Source: a virus. From it: 64,000 nucleotides of DNA. Position numbers and translations under genes: made by a program. The notes under the pieces are model-generated. The model had not been told where the DNA came from. It saw nothing but the letters and a program-made list of their open reading frames with translations, and did not search any database. The DNA is taken from positions 16,439 to 80,438 of the IMG/VR virus record IMGVR_UViG_3300025305_003938; one strand, 5' to 3'. This document shows, in pieces, positions 24,125 to 33,443 of this stretch; position 1 is the stretch's first letter; the number at the start of each line of letters is the position of its first letter.

Positions 24125-25357
24125 ATGAGTATTTTTAGAGAACACAAATCAAAAGTTGATAGAAGTGCAACTGACAGAAAGCGCCACAAAGAAAAGATTG
24201 AAAAGGCTATCAAGGAAAGCATAAAAGATGTTGTAGCAGAAGAGAGTATTATTGGCCAGAGTGGCAAAAAGAAAATAAAAATCCCTGTAAAGGGTATAAA
24301 AGAATATAGGTTTGTCTACGGTGGCAACGAAAAGAATCAAAAGGTTGGATCCGCCGGCGACATCGACGTTAAGAAGGGCCAAAGGATCGGCAAAAAGACG
24401 GCAGAAAGAATGCAACAGGGAAACAAGCCCTCCGACAAAGCCGGCGAAGAATCCTATGAAGTAGAGATAAGCTTAGAAGAGTTAGCTAGTTACCTGTTTG
24501 ACAGCCTAGAGCTTCCGGAACTAGAAAAGAAGAGATTTAAGTTTGTAAATCAAGAAAAGCTAAGAAGGAAGGGCCATCGCCTCAAAGGCATCCGTTCCAG
24601 ACTTTCAAAGAAGGAAACTCTTAAGAGAAAAATTAAGAGAAAGAAGCGGGCTATAGCGGCTGGTACCTATAATCCCGACAGCGACGAGCGCTTTCCGTTT
24701 CACAAGGACGATTTAAAGTATCACCACGTTAAGCCAAAAAATAAAGAAAATACTGCCGCTGTCATTTTCTTCTTAATGGATGTATCCGGTTCTATGGATC
24801 AGGATAAAAAATTCTTGGCAAGAAGCTTCTGTTTCCTCTTGTATCAATTCATTAGGCACAAATACGAAAACGTTGAAGTTGTATTTATCTCACACACCAC
24901 TGAAGCAAAGCAGGTAAATGAGCAAGAGTTCTTCACTAGAATAACGTCCGGCGGTACGATAATGTCGACGGCCCTAGAGTTAGAGAAAGACCTAATTGAG
25001 AAGCAATATCACCCAAGTTCTTGGAATATATACACTTTTTATGCCGGCGATGGTGAAAATTGGCCGGCCGACATCAAAAAGTCTGTAGATCTGCTAGCCG
25101 AACTCAAAGAAATTAATCAACTAATTTCATATGCAGAAATAACGCCATGGGATACCAACGGTTGGCAAGATCCCACGTGGGTAGATCCCATGGTACCAAA
25201 ACCATACCATGCCAGAAGGACCAATCTGAACCCCATGGCGCTGTCGATGTGGGAAGAATTAAATTTAATTGAGGACTCCTCTTTGAAGAGAATAAAGATA
25301 GTTAACTCAGAGTCAATATGGCCCGCATTCAACAGGCTGTTCGGAGTAAAGAAATAA
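24125..25357 (+). CDS. yeaH: YeaH/YhbH (DUF444) vWA-domain protein
   Basis: DRKRHKEKI, IKIPVKGIKEYRFVYG, FLMDVSGSM, SGGTIMS, YHPSSWNIY, GDGEN. Confidence 0.9.
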   Translation: MSIFREHKSKVDRSATDRKRHKEKIEKAIKESIKDVVAEESIIGQSGKKKIKIPVKGIKEYRFVYGGNEKNQKVGSAGDIDVKKGQRIGKKTAERMQQGNKPSDKAGEESYEVEISLEELASYLFDSLELPELEKKRFKFVNQEKLRRKGHRLKGIRSRLSKKETLKRKIKRKKRAIAAGTYNPDSDERFPFHKDDLKYHHVKPKNKENTAAVIFFLMDVSGSMDQDKKFLARSFCFLLYQFIRHKYENVEVVFISHTTEAKQVNEQEFFTRITSGGTIMSTALELEKDLIEKQYHPSSWNIYTFYAGDGENWPADIKKSVDLLAELKEINQLISYAEITPWDTNGWQDPTWVDPMVPKPYHARRTNLNPMALSMWEELNLIEDSSLKRIKIVNSESIWPAFNRLFGVKK

Positions 25358-26673
25358 TGAACGATTGGACTATAGGAGAATTAGAGGACTGGGATAATAA
25401 GATCTGTAAGATCGGCGAATCATACGGCCTAGACTGGTTTGACATTGATTATGAAATAATCGATTATCATGAAATGATCGGTGCGATGTCCTACACTGGC
25501 ATGCCTACGCACTATAGACATTGGTCTTTTGGAAAGTCTTTTGAACTTACTCATGCAAAATATACAATGGGTCAGACCGGCCTACCTTATGAGATGATTA
25601 TCAACTCAAACCCGAGCATCGCTTATTTGATGAAAGAGAATCCACTAAGCACACATTTGTTAACCATGGCACATTGTGTCGGCCATAGTGATTTCTTTAA
25701 GAACAACAGAATGTTTAAACATACAGATCCAGACAACGTGATCAATAGGTTCAAGTTAGGCGCTAAGAGGATTCAAGAATATCTCGGAGATCCATCGATA
25801 GGTGTAGAGAAAGTAGAAAACATTATAGATGCATGTCATGCAATAAAGTACCAAATCCCCAGAACCCCTGGTATCATAAGACGAAGCAATGATGAACTTA
25901 GGGCAATTTATGCGGAGAAGATGCTTGATGATGAGGATGGGATATACGATGATATTAATCTGGATAAGGTGCCCCTAGAACGAGATTATAATTTACTAGC
26001 ATTCATCAGAGAAAACTCTCGTAATCTTACAGATTGGCAGAGAGATGTAATGTTGATTGTAGAAGAGAATTCTCAATATTTCCTTCCACAAGCTTATACG
26101 AAAATTATGAACGAGGGTTGGGCCGTCCTAATTCATGAAAAAATAATGAAAGAATTAGATCTCCCACATAAACATCATTTGGCTTTTATAAAATTACATA
26201 ATCAGGTCGTCCGCCCACATTTGGGTAGTGTAAATCCTTACCACCTAGGCTATACAATTTTTAAGAAGATAGAGGAAGCTGAAGGCCTAGACGCTTGTTT
26301 GTTAGCCCGCGAAGTACATAATGATGTTTCATTTTTAAGAAAATACTTAGATGAAGAAACTTGTAGGGAGTTGAATTTATTTGCTTTTTCCTTTAAAAAA
26401 AGAAACAATCAGCATACTATAGATGATGTTTCTAATGAAGACGGGTGGACGAACGTCCGCGACGCTCTAATTAGTACAGTTGGATTGAACTCTGTGCCGG
26501 TTGTGTATGTGGAAGAGCTAATGAAGGACAGCACACTACGTATTATACATGAGCACGATGGTCGCGATATAGACCTACGTGACGCGCAAAGAGTGTATGA
26601 CCATATAAAACAACTGTGGGGAGACGATGTACTCTTTACAACAATAATTGAAGAGGAGCCATGGGAATTCTAA
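25357..26673 (+). CDS. spoVR: SpoVR/YcgB family protein
   Basis: GMPTHYRHWSFGK, YEMIINSNP, AHCVGHSDFFKNN, TKIMNEGWA, NPYHLG. Start at the TAATG overlap. Confidence 0.92.
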   Translation: MNDWTIGELEDWDNKICKIGESYGLDWFDIDYEIIDYHEMIGAMSYTGMPTHYRHWSFGKSFELTHAKYTMGQTGLPYEMIINSNPSIAYLMKENPLSTHLLTMAHCVGHSDFFKNNRMFKHTDPDNVINRFKLGAKRIQEYLGDPSIGVEKVENIIDACHAIKYQIPRTPGIIRRSNDELRAIYAEKMLDDEDGIYDDINLDKVPLERDYNLLAFIRENSRNLTDWQRDVMLIVEENSQYFLPQAYTKIMNEGWAVLIHEKIMKELDLPHKHHLAFIKLHNQVVRPHLGSVNPYHLGYTIFKKIEEAEGLDACLLAREVHNDVSFLRKYLDEETCRELNLFAFSFKKRNNQHTIDDVSNEDGWTNVRDALISTVGLNSVPVVYVEELMKDSTLRIIHEHDGRDIDLRDAQRVYDHIKQLWGDDVLFTTIIEEEPWEF

Positions 26674-26674
26674 A

Positions 26675-28609
26675 ATGAAAAAATCAACAAAATTTCTTAA
26701 GGAAATAGACAAACACAGCAGTCGTAAAAGAGCTGAAAAATTTGAAGGAACTTTGGGAGAATATATCAATCTTCTAGAAGTCAATCCTTCAGCTTGTGAT
26801 TTAGCTCACAAGCGACTCTATGAGGCTCTTGCTGGCCATGGTATCACTACTATGGCGGAGTCCGACACTAGGTGCAATAAACTTTTTGGCGGAGAAGCAG
26901 TAAAAACTTATGATTATTTTCAAAGTAAGTTCTTTGGAATGGAGCGTTCTTTAGCAAAAATCATGAGATTCCTGAGATCAGCCTCTTTAAAAGGTGAAGA
27001 AAGCCGACAGGTTTTGCTTTTACTCGGCCCAGTTGGCGCCGGCAAATCTGCCCTTGTAGAACACATCAAGCGCGCCCTAGAGAATTCCGGCCCGATGTAT
27101 CACATTGCAGATTGTCCAATACACGAGGAACCCCTCCATTTGATCCCGCGTGGTTTAAGAGCCTCTTTCCAAGAAATTTATGGCATCAAAATCGAAGGTG
27201 ATTTATGTCCCGTCTGCCGGCACAATCTCTTGAATGAACACGCCGGCGATTACATGAATGTTCCAGTTTCAGAGTCGACCTTTTCAATTAGAGGCCGCCG
27301 CGGCGTCGGTGTTGTACCACCAATGGATGCCAATACACAGGATACATCGATCTTAATAGGTACTGAAGACATTTCGAAATTGGATCTATATCCAGAAGAT
27401 GATCCCCGTGTCTTGAGTCTTAATGGGGCATTCAACGTAGGTAATCGCGGCATTGTAGAGTTCGTTGAGGTCTTCAAGAATGAAATCGAGTTCTTGCATA
27501 CCATGATTACGGCAACTCAGGAAAAATCAGTCCCTTCCCCGGGCAAGCAGGCCATGATTTATTTTGATGGTGTAATCCTCTCTCACTGTAACGAAGCAGA
27601 GTGGAATAAGTTCAAGTCTGAGCACACTAACGAAGCAATCTTGGATAGAATTGTACGCGTTAACGTGCCGTACTGCTTAGAATACGCAGAAGAAGAGAAG
27701 ATTTACAAAAAATTAATTGGTGAATCTGATTTTGAGTGCCATTTTGCGCCTCACACACTAGAATTTGCCTCCATGTTTGCTGTTCTTTCCCGCCTCAAGC
27801 CAACGAACAAAGTAGATCTTCTTACGAAGATGAAAATATACAACGGTGAAGAGATTGTTGAAAAGGGTTCTGTTCGCAAACTTGACATTGATGATCTCCG
27901 CGAAGAGGTAGTTGATGAAGGGATGACGGGTATTTCTACACGTTTTATCATGAAGGCTATCGACAATGCATTGTCGGACTCAGATAAGAACATGATAACT
28001 CCAATCTCTATTCGCGACTCACTTGTAAAGCAGGTGAAGGACCAGATTGTAGATCAAGAAACTAGAGAAACATGCTTGATTTTCTTACAGAAAATTCTTC
28101 ACGAAGAGTACCTAAGAATTCTAGAGAAAGAAATAACAAAGGCTTTTGTTTCCGCATATGACGAACAGGCCGAAGCTTTATTCAATAACTATCTCGACCA
28201 TGCCGAGGCTTACGTGAACGCCACAAAGGTTAAGGATCGGGTTACGAAAGAAGAGATCAATCCCGATGAGAACTTCATGAAATCAATCGAACAGCAGATC
28301 GGTATACAGGGTAGCGCTAAAGATAATTTTAGAAGCGACATTACTGCTTACATGTTTGCTATGCTCCGCCGCGGCGAAGTCATTGACTGGAGAAGTTACG
28401 GGCCCCTACGTGAAGCAATTGAGAACAAATTAGTAACATCAGTGAAAGATATAACAAGAATCGTTACAAAGTCTAAGAGTAGAGATAAGGGCCAACAGAA
28501 GAAATACAATGGTATGGTAGAAACTCTAATAGAAGACTATGGATACACCGAAGACTCTGCAGAGGAAATTATCAAATTTGCTGCTAATAATTTGTGGAGA
28601 GATTCGTAA
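26675..28609 (+). CDS. prkA: PrkA/YeaG family AAA+ serine kinase/ATPase
   Basis: LLLLGPVGAGKS, CPIHEEPL, IEGDLCP, NRGIVEFVEVFK, EGMTGISTRF. Confidence 0.92.
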   Translation: MKKSTKFLKEIDKHSSRKRAEKFEGTLGEYINLLEVNPSACDLAHKRLYEALAGHGITTMAESDTRCNKLFGGEAVKTYDYFQSKFFGMERSLAKIMRFLRSASLKGEESRQVLLLLGPVGAGKSALVEHIKRALENSGPMYHIADCPIHEEPLHLIPRGLRASFQEIYGIKIEGDLCPVCRHNLLNEHAGDYMNVPVSESTFSIRGRRGVGVVPPMDANTQDTSILIGTEDISKLDLYPEDDPRVLSLNGAFNVGNRGIVEFVEVFKNEIEFLHTMITATQEKSVPSPGKQAMIYFDGVILSHCNEAEWNKFKSEHTNEAILDRIVRVNVPYCLEYAEEEKIYKKLIGESDFECHFAPHTLEFASMFAVLSRLKPTNKVDLLTKMKIYNGEEIVEKGSVRKLDIDDLREEVVDEGMTGISTRFIMKAIDNALSDSDKNMITPISIRDSLVKQVKDQIVDQETRETCLIFLQKILHEEYLRILEKEITKAFVSAYDEQAEALFNNYLDHAEAYVNATKVKDRVTKEEINPDENFMKSIEQQIGIQGSAKDNFRSDITAYMFAMLRRGEVIDWRSYGPLREAIENKLVTSVKDITRIVTKSKSRDKGQQKKYNGMVETLIEDYGYTEDSAEEIIKFAANNLWRDS

Positions 28610-28623
28610 ATAAAAAGTGATAT

Positions 28624-29964
28624 ATGACAAAGACTATCTATGTGCTAGACACTAGTGTTTATTTAACAAACGCTGATTCAATTTTTTCCTTCAACGATAA
28701 TGATATAATTATTCCGCTGAAGGTATTAGAAGAGGTAGACAAGCATAAGAAGCGCCAAGATGGCGCCGGCTTGAATGCTAGAACGATAATTCGAATATTA
28801 GATTCCCTAAGAGAAGAGGGCAGCCTCTATGAAGGCGTCGGCTTGGGCCCGGGCCTGGGAAAAATCAAGGTAAGAGGGATAGAGACAGTTCATACAGACC
28901 AGTTCCCTAAAGATCTGAATATGAACGTTCCCGACCATATGATCATCGCGACAGCTCTGTCTGAAAAGATAGATAGTCCCGAAAGCGAAATTGTGGTTGT
29001 CACGCGTGACATTAACATGCGCGTAATCTGTGACTCTCTGGGTCTGTCCTGTGAAGATTATATTGACAATAAGATTGTTAAGAGTGGCGAAAGTATTTTT
29101 ACAGGTCACGTGGCGCACAGCATAGAAGACTCAGAAATCGATGCACTCTATAGCGGTGAAGAGATATACTTAGATCCTGAAGAGATTGAAGTCTTTCCAA
29201 ATCAATTTGTAATGTTGAAATCAAACATCAATTCAAAAAGAACGGTTTTGACACGATTTGTAAATTATGTTAGCCCTCTCGTCCGCGTCGCCGCTAACAG
29301 GGCTGGTGTCTGGGGGGTGAAACCTAGGAACAGGGAACAGACGTACGCCCTAGATATCTTGATGAACCCAGATATATCCCTAGTTACGTTGATAGGCAAG
29401 GCCGGCTCCGGTAAGACTCTTTGTGCTATAGCCGCGGGAATACAGCAAACTTTAGATCCAACATCGGGTGATGCTGGCGAACCTAGATACACTAGAATGA
29501 TCGTTTCTCGCCCCGTTCAGCCGCTAGGAAAGGATATTGGTTTCCTTCCCGGCACCCTGGAAGAGAAGATGCACCCATGGTTGATGCCGATTCAAGATAA
29601 TCTGCAGTTCTTAATGGGTAACGACAAAGCAACGCTAGAAATGTACATGGAGCAGGGCACAATTGAGATAGAAGCTCTGACCTATATCCGCGGCCGCTCG
29701 ATAGCAAATGCTTTTATTATTATTGATGAGGCTCAGAACTTAACAACTCACGAATTAAAGACTATTATTACAAGAGTTGGTGAGGGTACTAAAATTGTAT
29801 TGACCGGTGATGTCGAACAGATTGATAATACATATATCGATGCTACTAGCAACGGTTTAACGCATGCAGTTGAGAAGTTTAAAGAAGCAGACCTAGCAGC
29901 CCACATCACCCTCTTGAAAGGTGAGAGATCTAAAGTTGCAACCCTCGCCGCAAAAATCTTATAG
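28624..29964 (+). CDS. phoH: PIN-PhoH (PhoH2/YlaK-like) protein
   Basis: YVLDTSV PIN domain; GKAGSGKT, IGFLPG, YIRGRS, DEAQN, LTGDVEQID. Confidence 0.92.
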   Translation: MTKTIYVLDTSVYLTNADSIFSFNDNDIIIPLKVLEEVDKHKKRQDGAGLNARTIIRILDSLREEGSLYEGVGLGPGLGKIKVRGIETVHTDQFPKDLNMNVPDHMIIATALSEKIDSPESEIVVVTRDINMRVICDSLGLSCEDYIDNKIVKSGESIFTGHVAHSIEDSEIDALYSGEEIYLDPEEIEVFPNQFVMLKSNINSKRTVLTRFVNYVSPLVRVAANRAGVWGVKPRNREQTYALDILMNPDISLVTLIGKAGSGKTLCAIAAGIQQTLDPTSGDAGEPRYTRMIVSRPVQPLGKDIGFLPGTLEEKMHPWLMPIQDNLQFLMGNDKATLEMYMEQGTIEIEALTYIRGRSIANAFIIIDEAQNLTTHELKTIITRVGEGTKIVLTGDVEQIDNTYIDATSNGLTHAVEKFKEADLAAHITLLKGERSKVATLAAKIL

Positions 29965-29973
29965 GAGAATAGA

Positions 29974-30282
29974 ATGAGCACAGAAGAGAATCCAATATTA
30001 AAAGAAGTAGTCGAGCAGGATTCACCATTAAAAACTTTAGTGGTTAATTATGTCGGCACAGTACACAGTCCAGAAAACGGAGAAGTTACCGTAGAAATGA
30101 TTGTAGACACCATGGTTAAAGAATTTCCAGAATTTTTGATGGTTATCGCAGAAGAAAACTGGATTAGAGGATATCACCAAGCGCTGGGCGATGTCGAAGA
30201 GGGCGAACGTTTGGCACAGGAACAATCCACTACTCCCGAGCAAACTGAAACGACTGAAGAAGTCCCCGCCGCAGCAGAATGA
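29974..30282 (+). CDS. Hypothetical protein
   Basis: ORF track, AGGAG SD. Confidence 0.7.
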   Translation: MSTEENPILKEVVEQDSPLKTLVVNYVGTVHSPENGEVTVEMIVDTMVKEFPEFLMVIAEENWIRGYHQALGDVEEGERLAQEQSTTPEQTETTEEVPAAAE

Positions 30283-30947
30283 TGAGAGATTTTGTAAAAG
30301 AGGCCGCATCACAGCCTAGGCGTGAATATCATATATACAATGATATCAACGTCTTAATCAAGGATTTCCCGCAGTCCGAAGAGGTTGATATTCCGGCCCT
30401 TTTATCAAAAATAGAATACACACTACCCAGATACTACTTCGATAATATTGACGTTGTTTATGTCGGCGAATTCGAAGATTTGGGTGATCGCAATGCTGCA
30501 TTTTTAGATGGCGCTATCTATATGACGAGCACAGAACCAACAACACATGATATGTTAGAAAATATTGTACATGAGGTTGCGCACTCCCTAGAGGGCGATC
30601 ATGGTGATATGCTGTATGGCGACCAGAAGGTTATTAGCGAATTCCTAGGAAAAAGAGAAAGACTTAGGTTAATTCTAGAACAAGAAGGTTACACAATCCC
30701 TGAAGAGTTCTACGAGCAGACCGAATACAACAGAAATTTTGATAAATTCCTAATGAATACGGTAGGGTACCCTACATTAACATATCTGACAATGGGCCTG
30801 TTTGTTAGCCCATATGGTGCCACTTCTTTGCGAGAGTATTTTGCAAATGCTTTTGAGCATTTTTATATCAATGATCGCGAAGATGTTAAGAAAGTAAGTC
30901 CGCAAGTTTACTTGAAGATTGACTATTTACATAAAACAGGAGAGTAA
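30279..30947 (+). CDS. HExxH zinc-metallopeptidase-like protein
   Basis: IVHEVAHSLE and SPYGATSLREYFANAFE. Confidence 0.7.
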   Translation: MMRDFVKEAASQPRREYHIYNDINVLIKDFPQSEEVDIPALLSKIEYTLPRYYFDNIDVVYVGEFEDLGDRNAAFLDGAIYMTSTEPTTHDMLENIVHEVAHSLEGDHGDMLYGDQKVISEFLGKRERLRLILEQEGYTIPEEFYEQTEYNRNFDKFLMNTVGYPTLTYLTMGLFVSPYGATSLREYFANAFEHFYINDREDVKKVSPQVYLKIDYLHKTGE

Positions 30948-30948
30948 T

Positions 30949-31392
30949 ATGTTAAACACATTCAACGAACTTAAAAAGGAATTATCCCTAGATACCAGCA
31001 CGAACACCTTGACAGTGACAATTGGCGTACCAAAGAAGACCAGAAGAACCTCATTGATTGTCGTAAAGGGTAAAACCGTTAAGAATTGGGTAGAGAATTC
31101 TGGCTATGTTGTTGTCGATACAATTAAATCAAATCGTATCGACAATAGCGAAAGCGTAGCCGACAACACTTGGGTATATGAAGTGGAGAAATTGATTCAG
31201 GCCACCCAGCCGACAAAAATTGAAAAAGAAGACCCTCAGCCGGCCGCGAGACCAGAAAATCAAGAAAAAGAAGAAAAAGCTATTGACAATTCTGAAGCAG
31301 AGGCTATAATAGAGACTAAGACAGTGCAAAAGCGACCTAAAACTCGCAAAAAGGGAACTAAGACAGTTCGGAGCACTAGAAAAGAGGATTAG
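30949..31392 (+). CDS. Hypothetical protein with basic tail
   Basis: Start reassigned to ATG 30949 (AGGAG SD). Confidence 0.65.
   Translation: MLNTFNELKKELSLDTSTNTLTVTIGVPKKTRRTSLIVVKGKTVKNWVENSGYVVVDTIKSNRIDNSESVADNTWVYEVEKLIQATQPTKIEKEDPQPAARPENQEKEEKAIDNSEAEAIIETKTVQKRPKTRKKGTKTVRSTRKED
31283..31310 (+). promoter_or_regulatory. Consensus sigma70 promoter inside the upstream CDS, facing the nuclease/glycan operon
   Basis: TTGACA-N16-TATAAT. Confidence 0.65.
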
Positions 31393-32168
31393 TGTCTGCA
31401 AAAAAACATATATCTTTTAGCGAGCTAAAGGATTGGAAATTATGTCCGTTTTATCACAACTTAGCATGGATCAAGAAATTAAGCTCGTTTGAGGGCAATG
31501 AATACACCGCTTTTGGTACGGCTATCCACGACACCTGTGAGAAAAAGCTTCTAGAAAAGGGTTTTGACGAGAAGGAGCATTTTCTGACTTCTTTCAAGAA
31601 GACCCTGCAAATTCTAGAAAATAAGTCCGTAGTAATCGACACCTCTTTGATAGAAAAGATGGTTGAACAGGGCGTCGGTCTTCTTCCGGAAATCGAACCG
31701 GCCGTGAAGGAATATTTTCAAGAATTTGAAGTTGTTTCGACAGAAGAACAACTCTATGAACCCATTGAAGGTGCTGATGGCCTTTGTTTTAAGGGTTTTA
31801 TCGATGCCGTGATCAAGACGCCGGATGGAAAATATCATATTATAGATTGGAAGACTTGTTCCTGGGGCTGGGATGCCCGGAAACGCCAAGATCCGATGGT
31901 GACATATCAGCTAACTTTATATAAGAAGTTTTTCTGTGAAAAGCACAATCTTGATCCGAAAGATGTTGAAACCTACTTTGCTCTATTGAAGCGCACGGCT
32001 AAGAAAGACAAGGTTGAAGTTTTCAGAGTTACCTCAGGGCCAAGAAAAACTGAAAATGCTTTTAAACTTTTGATGAAGGCTGTTTATAATATAAAAAACA
32101 AGAAGGTCATCAAGAACCGTCTTTCTTGCACGCGGTGTGTGTTTAGGGGGACCGAACACTGCCCTTAA
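31392..32168 (+). CDS. PD-(D/E)XK nuclease, Cas4/RecB-like
   Basis: ISFS..CP, FGTAIH, GFID, IIDWKT, QLTLY, C-terminal CTRC.......CP. Confidence 0.85.
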   Translation: MSAKKHISFSELKDWKLCPFYHNLAWIKKLSSFEGNEYTAFGTAIHDTCEKKLLEKGFDEKEHFLTSFKKTLQILENKSVVIDTSLIEKMVEQGVGLLPEIEPAVKEYFQEFEVVSTEEQLYEPIEGADGLCFKGFIDAVIKTPDGKYHIIDWKTCSWGWDARKRQDPMVTYQLTLYKKFFCEKHNLDPKDVETYFALLKRTAKKDKVEVFRVTSGPRKTENAFKLLMKAVYNIKNKKVIKNRLSCTRCVFRGTEHCP

Positions 32169-32177
32169 AGGAATAAA

Positions 32178-33443
32178 ATGGCAAAAAAGATTAAAATTTT
32201 CACATTAAGCGACCATCCGCTTTCGCCCTCTGGTGTGGGCACACAGACAAAGTACATGATAGAGGCTATGCTTAGAACTGGAAATTACCAGTTCGTAAGC
32301 TTTGGCGGCGCAATCAAGCATCACGACTACAGGCCAGTTAAAACAGAAGAGTGGGGTGATGACTGGGTAATATACCCTGTTGATGGCTACGGAGATCAAG
32401 AGTCAGTAAGATCAGTAGTGTGGTCTGAAAAGCCAGATGTGCTGTGGTTTATGACAGATCCTCGCTTCTGGGACTGGCTATGGGCGATTGAAAATGAGAT
32501 CCGGGCCAATGTTCCTATGGTCTACTATCACGTTTGGGACAACTATCCTTACCCTAAATTCAACAAAGCTTTTTATGACTCCAACGATCATGTCGCATGC
32601 ATATCGAAGCTAACGTATGATGTTGTACAGAACGTATCACCAGACGTAGGTAGCTCCTATGTTCCTCACACGGTTGACACAGGCATATTCAAGAGGCTCG
32701 ATGAAGCGACAGTTGCGGAGTTTAAAGAAGAGCACTTCAAAAGCGCGAATAATCCAGATCGCTTAGTTTTCTTCTGGAACAATAGAAATGCAAGAAGAAA
32801 GCAGTCCGGCACTGTATTATGGTGGTTTAAAGATTTCTTAGACGTTGTTGGCCACAGTAACGCATGTTTGATAATGCACACCGAAACGGATGATGTACAT
32901 GGCCAGGATCTGGAAGCTATAGCTAGAGAATTAAACCTCACAGATGGCCAAGTTCGCTTTTCGAAACAAAAAGTCCCACCGGAGTACTTAGCGCTCGCCT
33001 ATAACATGGCCGATTGTACTATCAATCTCGCCGATGCTGAAGGCTTTGGTTTGGCAACTCTAGAGTCCTTAGCATGTGAGACTCCCATTATAGTCACAAT
33101 GACCGGCGGTATGCAGGAGCAAGTTACAGATGGTGAGAACTGGTTTGGCATAGGCCTGGAACCGGCCTCAAAGGCAATTATCGGATCGCAAGAGGTTCCG
33201 TACATCTATGAAGACAGGCTAGCCCGTAAAGACTTTTTAGATGCCATATTAAAGATTTATAACATGACTCCAGCCCAACGCCAAGAATTGGGCGCCAATG
33301 GTCGTAATCACATCATGACAAACTATTCGTTTGATCAATATAGCAAAAACTGGGATGAGCTTTTTATGAGCATTCATGAAGAGTGTGGTTCGTGGTCGAC
33401 AAGAAAAAATTATGAGTCTTGGACCTTCAAGGAGATAAAATGA
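32178..33443 (+). CDS. Glycosyltransferase family 4
   Basis: NRNARRK, EGFGLATLESLAC. Confidence 0.9.
   Translation: MAKKIKIFTLSDHPLSPSGVGTQTKYMIEAMLRTGNYQFVSFGGAIKHHDYRPVKTEEWGDDWVIYPVDGYGDQESVRSVVWSEKPDVLWFMTDPRFWDWLWAIENEIRANVPMVYYHVWDNYPYPKFNKAFYDSNDHVACISKLTYDVVQNVSPDVGSSYVPHTVDTGIFKRLDEATVAEFKEEHFKSANNPDRLVFFWNNRNARRKQSGTVLWWFKDFLDVVGHSNACLIMHTETDDVHGQDLEAIARELNLTDGQVRFSKQKVPPEYLALAYNMADCTINLADAEGFGLATLESLACETPIIVTMTGGMQEQVTDGENWFGIGLEPASKAIIGSQEVPYIYEDRLARKDFLDAILKIYNMTPAQRQELGANGRNHIMTNYSFDQYSKNWDELFMSIHEECGSWSTRKNYESWTFKEIK

Noticed and set aside
31392-32168. CRISPR-Cas locus suggested by the Cas4-like gene
   Set aside because: No repeat-spacer array or other cas genes seen in the window.
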